Source: Mitosporidium daphniae
Taxonomy: Eukaryota
Direction: 5' to 3'
Length of the DNA: 64,000 nucleotides
Assembly (NCBI RefSeq): GCF_000760515.2
Contig: NW_013546678.1
Coordinates: 1 to 64,000 of the forward strand
The notes beneath the pieces were generated by a model. The model had not been told where the DNA came from and did not search any database. It worked only from the letters and a program-made list of their open reading frames with translations. Positions 1-12,000 of this stretch are shown here, piece by piece; position 1 is the first letter of the stretch; each line of letters opens with the position of its first letter. The translations under genes and the position numbers were made by a program.

Positions 1-2939
1 AGATAGCTCTTAGATTTGGCTCACCCACTAAAAACTATTCAAAAGTTTTGAAAAAGTGCCACCTCATAAATATTGGCCCAAATTCAAAATACTCTACACG
101 TTTATTCATTAAACATTTTTTTACTCCATCCATCGATGCATTAATGACCGCCGTAACAGTGCGTGTGAAAATTGCAATCTTTATGAAGCTTAAGTTGGGA
201 TACCCATAGCTATTCAATAGAAAACGGTACCAAAAGTAAGACAGCTTGTTGAATCTAACCCTTCGTGTAAGTTTTTTCTTCACTGTAATTTTCTTCCCAA
301 CGAGACTCAAATATATGCCTATTTCGGTGCGCTGCCTTTTTTGGCTACATTGCTCTTTGGGCATATTTTGTATGAACAGTGAAACCTGAGACCTATATAG
401 AAGCGGATAAGCGATGGCGATCGGAAGCGCAGATTAATATAGAACTCTCTCCGGACGTGCTTTGCCCTCGTTTTTTAGTTGTCCCACGAAACTTTCTGCT
501 TACGGATTATCTTTTTGGATTTTTCAGATCTACCGCAAGCCTCCAGGCGTTTCCGAGCATTCTGACAAAAATTTTGGTACATGTTTATTTGAACCATCTA
601 CAACCACAATTGCGATTATTGACGGGCTACCCAGAGGCACCTCTCAGAAAACAAATAGAAAAGCTAAAGTGATGGTTTGAAGTTGATTGCCCTTGGGATG
701 CAATTTTTGTCTTCTGTAATATGAAAGTCTTACAGACTCATACACCACTCAACGAAAGGATTCTAAATTGATTTTTGAGTGTGGTGAAAATTAATTAAAA
801 GCGTGTTTAATTTGAGAGTGGCAATTAAATGTTTTTAAGACCATGTCATGTATTTGTCAAATGACGATTAGAAAATAAATAAATCAGCCTAATTGATAAA
901 AAAGAGTTTTGTTTACATATCAGTAATGGTCGCACGCTGGGATTTACAGCGACCAGCGCTACGCTCAGTTTTTCCATTGATCGGCCTTACTATTTAAGCT
1001 TGAAAAATATAAAGATTTCCAAAAATCCTGATATGATTATTGGCACCTCCAAAGATTCTTGGAATGCAGCTATCAATAGATTCGAATCAGCATGCGAACG
1101 GATCTCTTTAAATGGTCATCTATTTATCTGTGAACATTATGAGGAATTTACTGTTTTTTGAAAATTCTAAACAGCTTTTTGTATTGCTAATAAATATTAT
1201 AAAATACAATGATAACTGTGTTTAGTTTTTAGGGTTTCTGGTTACCCCTAAATTTAAAATATGAGCAAATACCGGAGTATCATTGGTTGATGTTTTCAGT
1301 TCCAAAATAGAACCTCTACACTGTGTTGATAGAGGTACTGAGCGAGATACTGTACGATCAAATATTACCAGAAACTATCACAGAAATACTCACTTCCTTC
1401 TAATGGGAACTGAGAGAGATGCAACAAAAGCTTCCTCCAAACTTGAATTGAAACCCCAAAAGTTTAAGATTATTTTAAATTTCAACCTGACGCTACGGGT
1501 AATTTTTTATGTAAGGTTAGCGATGCGACTATCTCGGAATTGAGTGCATCAAAACAATATGCGGAAAGGACTTTTCAATTAATTGCAATTAAATAAGAAT
1601 GCTTTTTAGGAGAATTTAGGATTAGGAGGATGCCATATAAATCTATCCTTAAGCCTAAATTCCACCAATTAAGGAGTGTTATGCTGTAACCTAGAAATTT
1701 CACGGGACCAAAAAAATACACCATGAATGCCCAAATCAATAAAGCCTGTTAAAAATTAGGCTTCAAAATAACAACTTAAATAATTGGGAGGCTCTTGAAA
1801 ACGCGAGACCAATTCAGCTAAGGCAATTCAAAGAAACTGTCTATCGACCGTAGATTTTTGATTGGAATCAATTTTTTGATCTTTTTATTGAGGCTGAAAT
1901 ATTCTCCCCTGCTATAGTTGAGATTTTTTGTGATATAGCTGAAAAAAATGATTCATACATCTTGAACATATATGAGAAATTTGGTTTAAATCCAGAAGGA
2001 TATATTTAATAGCATGAGAGTCGAGGTAGAGCCCTACCTCAGAATTCACATTAGCATATTCAATCTCAATTAAAATCACTAGAGCTATTTTGATAAAAGA
2101 AACGAGAGGGCCGATTTGCATGCTAGAGCATATGTCCGATAATATTTTGCGAACACATGTGCAAATCCTTGAATCCGATAAATGTGAATGCACTAGTTTC
2201 GCGTTGTCACAAGTTTTTTCTACATATCTGCTCTCTAGAAATATCGATCCAAAAAGGCCTTTTAAAGGTATATGTGATGTAAAAATGTACCAGTGTTTCT
2301 CACCTTTTCAATATTTGGGGACATAGTTGAGCATAAGATACAGCACCAAAAGTGACAAAGATCAAGATCGTACGAAATGGATCCATTTGTGTAAATCGGC
2401 GCTTTGCTTGTAAATGTCCATATTCGAAGAACCAGAATTTTAGAAATCATGCGACCACATTAATACCTGATCACGGATACTTCGAATTCGCTTGAACATC
2501 ATTTAGATCGAAAAGATCCGATAAACTTTAATTCCCAATTCGGACGATTGGACTAATTTTGTATTGTTGCTAACCCTAACCCTGCTTGGCGCCCTTGCAA
2601 GAAGGGGTTAGAATTTGAAACAAAAATGCTCCACAGGGGCCCAAATATGAGAAGCACCCTACGGAAGCCCTTAACAGTGACCTCAACAACGTATTATCAC
2701 ATTTATGTATGTGCCGCTTCGGCATCGAGTGAAGAAGACTAAAATTTTTAAATGTGCATATTTAGACCCACAAGTGATATTTTCAATGCAACCAACAAAA
2801 CTATTGCCTTTAATTTGAAAAGCAAAGATGATGAATGGACTTGAGACATGAATACACTTTGTGATAATGTTGACTTGTGTCTGCCTTCCTTCTGAAACCG
2901 TAGTTTAATAATAAAATTCGAGCATAATTTTTTAATTTC

Positions 2940-5264
2940 ATGGCGGCGACGAAAGCCCTCCCTGTCAAACGAAGGCGAGGACCGCCAAAGACGCGCTCGC
3001 CCACTTTTGCTGGTGACGTGCAGGCCCTCAAGTCTCCCCTACCCCAGCGGGAGGTAAAGAAAATTTCATCCATCGAAGCCCTAAAGGATGCATTTTCAGA
3101 CCTATGTCAATCACTTTTGGATGAATTTAAAAAGGCAACACTATCTAATATTCCACCAATCGAGTCTGCAAATGCGAGCAATTTTGTCCCTTTTGTCAAT
3201 AGAATTAATGTAGTTTCCCTCCCTATTGACGAAAAGAAGACCGAAAGTAATGCGGTCATTTCTCTTTCCAGCTCTGAAAATGAAATGCACAATTGTTTGG
3301 CCAAAAAGAAGCCAAAACGAGCCCCAATTAAAAAGATAGCGGTGCAAAGAAAAAAGCCAACGCCACCACCCCCTCCTTCTTTTCTTCCTTCACAAATTGA
3401 GGAAAACATACAAACACCAGATGTAGCTCTTGATATAGATGTCCCCGATGTGCAGACTGCTGATATCGACACAGAGGCCTTTAATATTGATCCCAATTTC
3501 GAACACGCTGATAAAGCTCAAGAAAAAAAGGATTGCCGTTTTGATGCCACTTCAAGCATTCAAAACGACTCGGAAAACAGCACCATGCAGCATCCGAAGA
3601 CTTCTGAAAATTTCGTTTCCCAAAAGGGCCAGTTTTCTCAAAGAACTCGTCTTGGTGCTGGGCTGAAACTGCCACCACCGCCTCCATTTCCTATAGCCCC
3701 TGCTCAGAAAAGACATGCTTTTCCTGCCTCAAATGCATCAAAGGGGGAAAAGCTTCGACAGGCAATTGCAGCTCTTTCCTCCGATGCCTCGGACTTGATG
3801 CAAAGTGAACAAGAAATGGGAGATCCAGACTCGGGGATAAAGCAATGTGTTGGAGAAGACCACATAAATGATAATTTGAAAGACGGCATCGATAGCGAAA
3901 ATTCAAACACCAAAGAATCTAGCCTTGGATCTCCAATTCTAAAAATGGAGAGGATAGATTTAAAAGAAGGCGATGACATTAGCAAGATCCTTGAAAGCCC
4001 AGTTTTGATACATTCTTCCGATTCGATCCATATGTCCCCTGTGAAAGAAAATCTTGAAAGGGCTTCTACTACTCTATGTGATGATTCTTCATCAGCTAAA
4101 GTGCCTGTTACTAGCCCGACTGGCGTTCCCATTTGGAAAAGATCTAATCCTCTTCAAAGCACCTCTCCTCTTCGCCTTTCTCCTGCGGCCAACAGGAAAC
4201 GTCCATCAATCAAAGAATTTTCGAATAGCTCGTTGAAGCATCGAACACATGCCCAAGAGCTGGATCGACAACATGCCTGCGTAAAAAAAGCTTCGAATCC
4301 CTTGGCGAAATCTTTGGACACATTTTCAAGGCCCTTGGGTTCATCATCGAACTTTTTCCCTTTAGATTGTTTGGAGCCTTCAAAGAAACCCTTGAATTCA
4401 TCTGGCGCTATTTTTTCCAAGTACCCTGATGCAACAACTGTTCCTATCGCCTCGCTTCCAAACACCACTTTTTTGAATCAAAAAGAAAATCTTGCCAATG
4501 ATGTTAATAGCAAGAGTAATGGAAATTTGAGCAAGGGTCCTTCAAGTGCTTGTGCTAATCAGAGACTTCCTTTAGAGCTGTTCTCTGCAAGCAGGGCAAA
4601 GCTTGATTTGTTGGGCGCTAACTCTCCAAAAGAAAAATCAATTAGGCCCAATAGCACAGTGTCACCTATGCCGAAAACGGCATCGCAAACGATATCTAAA
4701 ATAAAGAACAAGGTCGCCGCTCTTCTATCCTCTTCAACACGGGTTGCGTCTGCTGATATGAACAAGGCGGCGGCCCCACATCGAAGCAAGCAAACACCTG
4801 TAAAGACGCCAATTGGAAAAACAATCACCCCTGTTTCTTTGAAAGCAATTAGCTCGAGCTGCGTCAAGCATCATCACCAGCCCGCTATGACTCCACGCTC
4901 GCCCGCATTGACCCCCATTACTAGGACAAGAGGCACAAAGCCCTCTGAATGCAGGCCCACGTGGGTAATTACGCCAAATCTTCGAAAGTCGCTTGCAAGC
5001 CAGTCTTGTATAAATCCAGAGTCGATATTTGGGAATATAAAGAATCTCTCGCTAGAACGTAAGCAAATGGATTGTCTTTAAAATTTTGTTCTGTTATTTG
5101 AAACTTTCTGACTTTGTGTTTTAGAGATGTTTCCGGTAAGCTCCAGGCGGCAGCAGAAACCAAGAGGCTCGTCTGCTGTTTGGGAGGGATCCGATGAACT
5201 TACCGAAGCAGAAAGATCGGCGTACAACCATTCCATGGGATACGGCAAAAACGGCCACAACTAG
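2940..5264 (+). CDS. INCENP: Inner centromere protein INCENP/Sli15/Pic1 (2 exons; intron 5059-5124)
   Basis: Low-complexity S/P/K-rich ORF ends in PTW..PNLRKSLASQSCINPESIFGNIKNLSLE. Splicing the GTAAGC..TTTAG intron adds QMFP..RGSSAVWEGSDELTEAERSAYNHSMGY, completing the Aurora-B-binding IN-box. Confidence 0.85.
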
Positions 5265-5323
5265 ACTAACTTTTGACTTATTTTTGTAGTAAATAAATAG
5301 CATACATTCAAAGGGGCTTTATA

Positions 5324-6420
5324 TTAATTTTCGTCAAGGGTAGAGATGTAATGTTCAGCCTCCAATGCTGCCATGCAGCCGGTCCCTGCTGCCGTTATGG
5401 CCTGTCGCCATCGCTTGTCTTGAACATCTCCGGCAGCGAAAACACCAGGTACAGACGTCTGAGTGGTACCAGGGACCGTGGATATATATCCGTCTGGGTG
5501 CGTTTCTAGCTGCTGCTCTAAAAAGCTTGTGTTTGGAATGTGGCCAATCGCAAAAAACAGGCCGGAGATGGGGATCTCCGAAACGACATCCGTTTTTAAG
5601 TTCTTGACAAAAATAGATGTCAAAAGCGAATCTCCCTTTGCCTCGGTGATTACATGGGAAAAGACTAGCAAATTAGTAGCAGGCACTTACGAAATTCAAT
5701 CTTTTCATTCGCCTTGGCTCGTGACTGCATCGTTTTGGATGCACGAAGCTCATCTCGTCTATGGATTAAATGCACCTTGGAAGCGAATTTCGTCAAGAAC
5801 AAGGCCTCTTCCATGGCAGAATCGCCGCCACCAACAACTGCAACTGGCTTTCCCCGGAATATAGGCAAAGCGCCATCGCACACTGCACATGCTGAAACAC
5901 CCTTCTGCCAATATTCGCCATCTCGCGTTCCAGGAATATCCATTCGCTTTGCCGTTGCCCCCGTGGCAATAATGAGGGATTGGGAATAAAAGACATCTCC
6001 CGATTCAGACTCCACCTTAAATGGACGCTCAGAAAGCGAAAGCTTTGTAACCGTTTCACCAATAATTTTTGTCCCAAGTCTTTCAGATTGTGCCCTCATC
6101 TTCTCCATCAAAAGTGGCCCATCAATTCCATCTGGAAATCCAGGGAAATTTTCCACTTCAGTAGTGGTGGTCAATTGCCCACCAGCAGCAACGCCACCAG
6201 CCATAAATCCCTCAAAAAGCAAAGGAAACATTTCTGCCCTGGCTGTATAAATGGCCGCCGTATGAGCGGCGGGCCCGCTTCCAATAATAATTACTTTATG
6301 CGGGTTTGATGACGAGCTTGTTGAAGAAGAGAAACTCATGTCTGATGTTGAAAGTATAATGCTGGAAGTCTGTGAAACCCGACTAAAAATTTCTCTTTTA
6401 AATAATTTTCGAAAGTACAT
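5324..6420 (-). CDS. TRR1: Low-MW thioredoxin reductase (26-nt intron 5665-5690); alternative start at 6339
   Basis: Motifs [48 protein letters not shown] and [21 protein letters not shown]. The GTAAGT..TACTAAT..CTAG intron joins the two ORFs. Confidence 0.95.
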
Positions 6421-6574
6421 CAAGTAAATTGCGAATAAATTGATGAATGGATAAAATAAAGAAAGTCTAATGACTCGCTTTATCCAGGGATGTTTTAATT
6501 AAAATGGGGCTACTCCGTAGCATTAAATGCAGCATTACGCCGCCAAATTTAGCATAGCAATATATTTTCAGAGT

Positions 6575-6728
6575 ATGTGTGTGTGCGGATGCAGATGCCA
6601 GTCATCTACAGAGATGAACAGCAAGATTCCACAAATTCCAGCCCCCAAGGGGGCCAAAGTATACGTAGCGGGAACGGGTTCACAGCTATCATGCAAATGC
6701 GAGCAGATGAACCAACTTAAAGCTACGA
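6575..6728 (-). ncRNA. Candidate H/ACA snoRNA, snR37-like (guide for LSU psi2944, yeast numbering)
   Basis: Hairpin with stems CGTAGC/GCTACG and GGTTCA/TGAACC. Its internal loop (AGTT + CGTTCCC) pairs on both sides of UG in conserved LSU GGGAACG-UG-AGCU. A second hairpin ends at an ACA run. Confidence 0.65.
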
Positions 6729-6883
6729 GAATTGTTCAAAGGAAACACGTAAATTTTAATTTTAATTATCTGAGCAAATAATTTCAATTGTGGTTCAAAA
6801 ATCCAAAGCAATATAATTTTATTCATTTACACGTAAATACAATAATCGCCCATAGATATAGATGAAGAGGATATACACCGCTG

Positions 6884-8269
6884 CTAACCTCTCAAGGCCA
6901 ACAACAAAGAGGGCAGCTCCAATTGGTCCTCTTCTTCTTTGAATTTCTCAAGGACCTTTGTTTGAAATTCTTCAGGGGGGCGGGTCTGGGAATCCGATCG
7001 AGAATGTTCACGACACTCTTGTCCATCTTTTTTCATGAGCGAAGTCGATTGTAAAAGGTTGGATAAGGAAATATTGGGCGATACGTCAGGCTCCGTCTTG
7101 ACGCTATTTGGATTAGGTTTTCTCTCCGAGCTGTAATAAACAGATTGGTTGTTTGGATAGCCCGAAGAGATGGGCAACGACGCCGAGCGGTAACCTTTAT
7201 ATGAGTCAAAGGGCGAACGCCGAGTTTGGTGGTCAATACTATTGTTTGAATTTGGCGCATTGTACTTCCAACTCAATGTGTCCCAAGATCCGCTAGATGA
7301 TTGGACCGGAAGCGTCCTCTTGCGAATAGGAGCCTCTGAACTGATAGGAAATTTTACTGAATATTCATTTGAATAAAAAAGTTGTTCCGTAGGGGCTATG
7401 GGTGAGCGGCCATACAGAAGAATAGGGCGTTGACCGTTAGAAAATGCATTCACGTGAGAGGCTGTCGAATGGTGATAAGGGGTGATGGGAACGCCAGAGT
7501 GAAACCCACTTGGCCTTATGAGGCTGGGAGATGGTGAAGACGGCGAGTGTGAGGCCGAAGTTGATGGGGAGCCGGTGACTTTTCCAAATTGTTTCGCCTT
7601 TTGCCGCTGATTTTGAAACCAAACTTGAATTGTGCGTTGTGGAATTTGCAAGATTTTAGAAAGCTGTTCTCTCTGTTCGTTGGTGGGAAAATAGGTTTCA
7701 TCCAACACTGCAAGGAGGATTCTTGTCTGTGAGGGCGTCATAACTGTCCTTGAGCGGCGTCTCGATCTTGACGGCGAACCGTGAGTAGATCTGGAGATAC
7801 TCAAAGATGGGGACCCTTCGTCCAATGAAATTTTGCTTTCAGAATCTGCTGGGGAAGAATCGAGCGAAGAACAAGGCCTTTTAGGCACAGAAAAGTCGGG
7901 GAAATCGCCTTCGGCAAGATCTCCAGACAAATCGGAAGATGCATCGTCAAAGTGAGAGGCCTCGTTTGGCTCCTCCATAGAGGGAGCATCAGATGTCGTG
8001 AAAGAGGAAATGTTGATTGAATCAGCACCTACATCATATCCAGCCTCTTTTGGAGATCTAATAATAGACCCGGTCTTAGGTCTGGAGAGATAATCACCGG
8101 AGGGGTACCCGCATTTGGAAAGGGAGTCAAAACGAGACTCCTCATGCTGGCCAGAAACCTTGGCATTGAATACACCAACCTGGCCAGATGATTCGAGTGA
8201 GGGCTGAAATATGGAAGCATCTGGTGACTTTACAATCTGTTCGGCAAGAAAGTTGGTCTCGGCGCTCAT
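6884..8269 (-). CDS. Homeodomain transcription factor
   Basis: RRRSRTVMTPSQTRIL..FPTNEQREQLSKILQIPQRTIQVWFQNQRQK within a Ser-rich 461-aa ORF. Confidence 0.9.
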   Translation of the reverse strand: MSAETNFLAEQIVKSPDASIFQPSLESSGQVGVFNAKVSGQHEESRFDSLSKCGYPSGDYLSRPKTGSIIRSPKEAGYDVGADSINISSFTTSDAPSMEEPNEASHFDDASSDLSGDLAEGDFPDFSVPKRPCSSLDSSPADSESKISLDEGSPSLSISRSTHGSPSRSRRRSRTVMTPSQTRILLAVLDETYFPTNEQREQLSKILQIPQRTIQVWFQNQRQKAKQFGKVTGSPSTSASHSPSSPSPSLIRPSGFHSGVPITPYHHSTASHVNAFSNGQRPILLYGRSPIAPTEQLFYSNEYSVKFPISSEAPIRKRTLPVQSSSGSWDTLSWKYNAPNSNNSIDHQTRRSPFDSYKGYRSASLPISSGYPNNQSVYYSSERKPNPNSVKTEPDVSPNISLSNLLQSTSLMKKDGQECREHSRSDSQTRPPEEFQTKVLEKFKEEEDQLELPSLLLALRG

Positions 8270-8560
8270 AATTAAGTGGTGTTGTAAAATGAAATTAGAA
8301 ATCTATATAGTTGCTAGGGGAGGTGTTTCAGGGTGGGCAAATTGGACGTCACTAATTCAACAAATCAGCGCTTATGAAACTGAAATGAACTTTCATCTGT
8401 GTAGCCAATAAAGTCACAGTCATTGATGAGATGCAAATCGGACGAACTTTGAAGTCTGATGATCATTTATCTATTGTGTTGATCAGAATCAATTTATATG
8501 CGTGATCCTAAATTTTAATTAATTAGTTTAAATTGAACCATTAATTTTGTCTTTGTTGAA

Positions 8561-8990
8561 ATGGTAAGATTGTGGCCATTGCTGTTCCCGGCAAATTACA
8601 TCCGTTGCCTATCCCTCAGTATTAACATGATAGCCCAAGCAATTAACCGACGTCAAGCAATTTATGGAGATTGTCTCCAGGCCTGGAGTAAAGTCCATTA
8701 GAATCAAAAAGGATCAAAATATGGTCAAGTTCAAGGCACAAACATCAACCCTGCTTTACACCCTTGTCGTTCCCGACCTTAGCAAGGCAAAGAGGATCGA
8801 AACAGAGCTCAAACGTAAGTGATAATTTTTCTCTCGCGCGCGATCCATATGATTAACTGTTCATGCACCACTCCTAGCATTCTTGTGCGGAGAGCAAAAC
8901 AACCCTTTATGAAGGATCATAATTGAATTTTTCAATTTCAACAACCCTAACTCATTTTTAGAAATCAAAGTTCCACTGGTCTCCTGCTAA
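8561..8990 (+). CDS. RPL38: 60S ribosomal protein eL38 (ATG-only exon 1; introns 8564-8633 and 8815-8961); absent from the ORF track
   Basis: Spliced product MPKQLTDVKQFMEIVSRPGVKSIRIKKDQNMVKFKAQTSTLLYTLVVPDLSKAKRIETELKQIKVPLVSC. Confidence 0.9.
8842..8918 (+). ncRNA. Candidate intronic C/D snoRNA (snR40/U32-like, 18S Gm1271 guide) in RPL38 intron 2
   Basis: GATCC/GGATC terminal stem, C-like ATGATTA and D-like ATGA. Guide CATGCACCAC (8862-8871) is complementary to 18S GUGGUGCAUG and is followed by T plus a degenerate D' box. Confidence 0.6.
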
Positions 8991-9050
8991 CGTGGCCATC
9001 CATTGTTGTATCAATAAACTCGGATTTTCGGTCTCACTTGAGTATAATAT

Positions 9051-12000
9051 TTAATTATTTTCGCTGAACTTCCGGGTTGCAGAGACCAGATCCTTCATCA
9101 TTGAGACGGAGCTGCTCCATCCTGATGCTCTGCAAAGACTGTCCAAAGAAAGGATGTTTAAAAGGGAAAGCTTTCTCACAATAAATGACAAATCGAGAGA
9201 ATTTTTGGATGCCCTGGAATATCGCCTTTCTAAACATTTGGCACTTCTATATTCTTTGTGGTTCAGCCCACCAGGACTGAGGGCAAACACGACATCGCCA
9301 TTTGCCGCCATTGAATACTGCGAGTTCAAATTGAAATACAACAAAGAAAATTTTTTGAATTCGCTCTCGGAAATTGAGAAAAGAATGCCGTGTTCCCCAG
9401 AAACACTGCCATAGCGACACCAAGAAGTATGCAACTGGGCTCCGTTTTCGGTCTTTGCAAGTAAAACCACTCGTTCGAGGAATAAAATTGGATCTGGCGA
9501 AAGGAAGAAATCGGATCGATGAATTAGCCTCAATCCAGACAGCGAAGCTGGCGAATTCGGTGAATACGAATAGGTGTGCAAATTTCCGCCCTCATCTCCG
9601 GCTACCAAAGAAAGAGCCCCATTTAAGCTTGGAACGAACTAAAAAGTTACTCAAGGCAAAGCAAGGCATACCTCAACACATGATGTGCGGAGATTAGAAA
9701 AGTCTTTCCCCAGTTGGATAAGCTTTGCAGGGTCTTCTTGAAAGGCTGCCAAAATAATGCTCTTAAAAGCATCTCCTATGAGAATGTAGTTTTTGATAAC
9801 AGAAATGGTGGTCACATAAATAGAAACATCCATAAAGGCCACGCCGTCAAGAGACTCACCGTCACCAAACGAATGGACGATAAGCTTCGGGCCAATAGCA
9901 GTGACAAGGTACCCCGCTACTTCATCGACTGCAGTTACTGGACCCTTGACCTCTTCCTCATAAACGACTTTGAGTCTATATTTTCCTTCGAGGCAAGAGG
10001 AATCCGGAATAACAGAGATGATCTCAATAATCAAAACTCGACCACGGACCCCTCTATCTTCTCCCTTGAGAAAGCAGGTGCCGGCCACAAAATACCATTT
10101 TATTCCTGAGGCCGTCTGTCTTGAATTGAGCGGGAGCCTTTTAAGAGAAAGGCATTGTTCGTAAGGCAGCAAATGAATCCTATGATGGAATAATTTAATG
10201 GCTTCCGAGTTCTTACCTATCAATAATGAGCCAAGAGACCGGTGATATGAGCTCCAAAAAGGAAGAGACGGTAAAAGGCGTCGTCATCAAATGTGGTGCC
10301 ATCATAGATACTTCTGCCCCATTAGAAGTTGAGATTTGCTTGTTATTTTCTTTGGCGAGCGCCAACTCTGCTTCGGTTGGCGGAATTATAAAAGGGACCG
10401 GTGTTTCTAGCACTGAAATGTGTGTATGGCTTTCAGGATCATATCGTAGCATGGAGATGATGGTACTGTTATCGTTTGGGCACCCTGAAGGTGACAAACC
10501 AGGCTTGAATCTTAATAGCTTTCTATCCCAGAGGATAGTTTTGGCTTCTGGTAATCCCCAGAACGGGGTTGGACTTGACGTTGACGAAAAAGGCTTGTAA
10601 ATCATCAATCCATTAGAAGAGGTCAGTGACAACAAAGTAAGAGAGTCCGATAACATGATTGGACTTGCAGCGACCGGATAAGCTCCCTCTGGGAAACAAA
10701 TTTCTGCAAGCACTGGCAATGAGGACGTCTTGCTCTTGTCAATAAAAATGATGTATGAAATTTCGCTTCCCAAAACCAAGACCGCATCAAGGATTGGACT
10801 AATGGCTCCGAGATGCACAATCGATTTTCGGATGTAAGAGAAATTGCACCAAAATTCATGGTCAAGCCTGGTGAATGAAACCATTGTAGCATGGCGACTT
10901 TCTTCTTCAGAGACATAAAGACCATTGTGTTCCTCATTAGCTTGCTCAAGCAAATGGCTAAAAGCTCTAGAGTAGTAAATTGAAGTAAATGAGGAATCAT
11001 CCGTAGTAAATGATGGCGTGTATCGAAGGATGAGAAGCATGGACCCGCATGAACCCTGTGTAATGCTGAATTCTAGCAAAGAAATTGGAGGCTGTTCTGT
11101 CTGCATCGTAATTGATTGTTTAGCGGCCGGTGAGGAGAAGGAAAGAAGATAGGGAAGTTTGGCAATATCCATGGTCTGCCAGATCATTTCCATCGAGGGC
11201 AGGAGATAAAAGGCAACCGAATCAAGATGATCAACATTGTGTGTATAGTGGACCGCCATTATCATGGCAGAGCAGAAACGCGTAATGGAGCAGCTTTTAG
11301 CTGTTAGGTTATTGTCCGTTGCGGTTGAATCATAAATAATTTTTAAAAAGGAAGACTCGTTAACCACGAATAAATAAAGGGATCCGTTTTCTAAAATTAT
11401 CGAAAGATATGAATCGCAGGACGTGGAAAAGGAAATCAGAGAGCTAATATGGCTAGACTTGATTGGCGAAGAGGGCATATCTACCGGAGTTCGGTACAAG
11501 TCATTATCCCCGATTTCCATTATTTCCTTATCCATAGAACAATGTTCATTGGACAATGAGGAAATTTCCCATCGAAAAAGCAGTCGACCGATTGATGACA
11601 AAATCAAAATAGCACTTGTCGTCACCTGAACGAGGACTACAAACGAATTTGGGAGCACCACTGAAAAGGCCAGCAAGGTGGGGCCCTCCACATGAAATGC
11701 GGCAGAGGGATCAATTACTTCCGTTAGTTGTCCACTCTGCGATTTCAGGATCAGCGTTGAGCTTTCAGAAGACAGAAAAACATAAGAAATCGAAGATCCC
11801 TCAATAGCCAAGCAGTTGACATCTCGACATCCACATAAAAGAGGCGGAAGATTGGAAAGAATTTCCGGCTTTAAGGTACTTTGGCCACTCCTTTGGCTGT
11901 TGGGATTGCAGAGAAGAAGAGAGCGGCCTGCGCCTGAATAGGAAACTGTCCTCTGAATGGAATCTACATAAGAACATTCAGGGGAGAAAGAAAGATTTGG

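Noticed and set aside
35..2450. Short ORFs in the left region, and the many antisense or nested ORFs in the track
   Set aside because: No motifs; most are shadows of real genes or lack ATG starts.
5900..5945. Short insert [10 protein letters not shown] in TRR1 as a sign of bacterial horizontal transfer
   Set aside because: The rest of the protein is eukaryote-like and has an intron; a phylogeny would be needed.
6608..6623. U6-like ACAGAGATGAACAGCA
   Set aside because: No U6 internal stem-loop, 5' stem or T-run terminator; it is antisense to a hairpin of the H/ACA candidate.
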